64,000 nt of DNA from a bacterium (GTDB lineage: Bacteria > UBA8248 > JACPRG01 > G963555815), in contig CBDHDG010000007.1 of NCBI GenBank assembly GCA_965261595.1, forward strand, positions 1,248,001 through 1,312,000, in the 5' to 3' direction. Position 1 is the first letter of the stretch. Every line of letters starts with the position of its first letter. The position numbers and the translations under genes are program-made. Shown here one piece after another: positions 62,467-64,000 of the stretch. Under the pieces are notes generated by a model. That model searched no databases and had not been told where the DNA came from. It was given only the letters and a program-made list of their open reading frames with translations.

Positions 62467-63675
62467 CTAACGATTCGGCTCATCTCCTGGATCGCGTTCT
62501 CCATCCAACGGTGTGCGCGTTACGGCAAGCTCTCTCGACCATGATCCTAAATTCGCCTTCGTCAACTGCGTCTTGTCCAGGTTTCGTCCAACAGCCTCCT
62601 GCTCGCTAAGCATATCTACTATGTTTATCGCGTCTGAGCCTGGGACGCCGCCCTCTGGACAGAATGGTAGTGCCACAAACTCTCCCATCTGGTGGAAAAC
62701 CATAACAAAGATCCATTCTTCCTTGTCAGTGGGAAACGGCCCGCCAACAGTACCTGCAAGAACAGTACCTGCAAGAGAAACTCTCGACTCGTCCGTTGCT
62801 TCTCCTACAGTGCCCGCGATCGAGGAGGAACTATTAAATCTCCTTGATACCCAACCGACCAAACAGCCGGACGGGATATTGGCTTCCGGTGCGTTTATTA
62901 CCAACTTATCGATTGGCTCTTCGGCTCCGCTCGTTAGGAAAACAACCTTGTCGTCCCACATGGGAACGATCCAAAATGGAAGATCGTCGGTGCGACACAT
63001 GAATACAACGGGTCTGTCGATTTTTCTATATTCTTCGGATTCAAGACGCATCGTTCCGACGAATCCGCCCCTTAGTATCTTTTCCCCAGGATTCATAATT
63101 TGTTGCCGTACAGGTTGAAGGCCAATGTTCTCAGCGAATTTGAATCCATTCTCACCCAACAGAGAAAATACCATCAGATAAGCGGACTTGATCATGCTGA
63201 CGAATTCGTAGTCGTCTCGTTGCGGAATCCTGAAGTTCATCCCTTTGCTTGCATCCAGGCCATGCTTGGGAGGCAGTGGACCTAACTCAATGGTGCCATT
63301 CCGAAACAAATGCTTGCGAGCCGGGAAGGGCGCGCTTGGATCGTGCGGAATGAATCGTCGCGATCTCTTGTGGCCAAACAAATCAACTACGATGGGAGCT
63401 CCTTTACCCTCCGCCCATTCATTTCTGGCTTTCATGGATAGATATGCGTGCTGGTCGACAAGACTCGCCTTGTTGTTGCATGACTTACATGTCAAGCAGA
63501 TTACGGCCCCGCCAAGAGACTTCGGCGGCGCATGTTCCAACGTCACATTTGTACCCGCCAGCACATCGGACCTGTCAAAGTCAGAAAGACATATGGGACA
63601 TCTGGTATTCCCGGCATTAAACAGCCGTTGACGTAATCGCCGCTCTCGTCCGCGTCCATGGCTCGTTCTTGCCAT
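62467..63675 (-). CDS. HNH endonuclease with long C-terminal extension
   Basis: CPIC..TLEHAPPKSLGG..LTCKSCNN; start 63675 or 63741. Confidence 0.8.
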   Translation of the reverse strand: MARTSHGRGRERRLRQRLFNAGNTRCPICLSDFDRSDVLAGTNVTLEHAPPKSLGGAVICLTCKSCNNKASLVDQHAYLSMKARNEWAEGKGAPIVVDLFGHKRSRRFIPHDPSAPFPARKHLFRNGTIELGPLPPKHGLDASKGMNFRIPQRDDYEFVSMIKSAYLMVFSLLGENGFKFAENIGLQPVRQQIMNPGEKILRGGFVGTMRLESEEYRKIDRPVVFMCRTDDLPFWIVPMWDDKVVFLTSGAEEPIDKLVINAPEANIPSGCLVGWVSRRFNSSSSIAGTVGEATDESRVSLAGTVLAGTVGGPFPTDKEEWIFVMVFHQMGEFVALPFCPEGGVPGSDAINIVDMLSEQEAVGRNLDKTQLTKANLGSWSRELAVTRTPLDGERDPGDEPNR

Positions 63676-64000
63676 CGTCGAAGGTGCTCCTCGACCGCTT
63701 AGGGTTCTTAACCCGGATATCGCCAGGACGGGTGCAGCCATGGGCTTCGTCTACGTCGCCCAGCCCTTGCCATACGGCCTGATTCTGACGTCCATTCCAT
63801 CGCGCTCATGCGGCCATATATACGTCGCCGTTCCCGACTTCTCCATCCCAATGGCCGCTCATGGGTTGTCCCCTGGCAAATCCGGGCTCACCCCATGGTA
63901 TATCGCAAATCACGACAGTTGGCTTTGTTTTGTTACATTTCATGGTTGACTTCTCGCCTCAGTATCTGATATGATTTTCGTCGAAACACAGGTCACTATG

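Noticed and set aside
1..64000. CRISPR array, cas genes, rRNA
   Set aside because: No regularly spaced short repeats with unique spacers, and no cas or rRNA motifs seen

Overview
64-kb window from a GC-rich bacterium. A housekeeping and metabolic backbone carries tRNA-Ser(GGA), a large Alu-type SRP RNA, dnaX-ybaB-recR, rarA, a phosphatase-thrB fusion, two moeA genes, tatA, hemW, bactofilin and N-compound catabolic genes (allantoinase-like, creatininase-like, fdrA, cyclase, aminotransferases). Three accessory regions interrupt it. (1) 1-~12 kb: decayed island with an Mrr-like nuclease, a SIR2 protein, a HigA fragment, phage-like remnants and an att-like tRNA 3' fragment. (2) ~24.3-34.1 kb: nested IS pile-up (IS630, IS3-like, IS1595, IS1380) over a disrupted beta-propeller repeat gene. 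(3) ~51.3-64 kb: lower-GC island headed by two tandem full-length paralogous tyrosine integrases, carrying a 919-aa SIR2/wHTH-like/PIN-like protein, Fic- and SLATT-like fragments and an HNH nuclease. Four near-identical IS3-like copies, each with a 4-bp TSD, plus several nonsense and frameshift lesions indicate recent IS expansion and gene decay. Best candidates for novelty: the twin-integrase island with its SIR2-PIN-like protein, and the LMW-phosphatase/homoserine kinase fusion. All domain calls are by motif recognition by eye; no searches were run.
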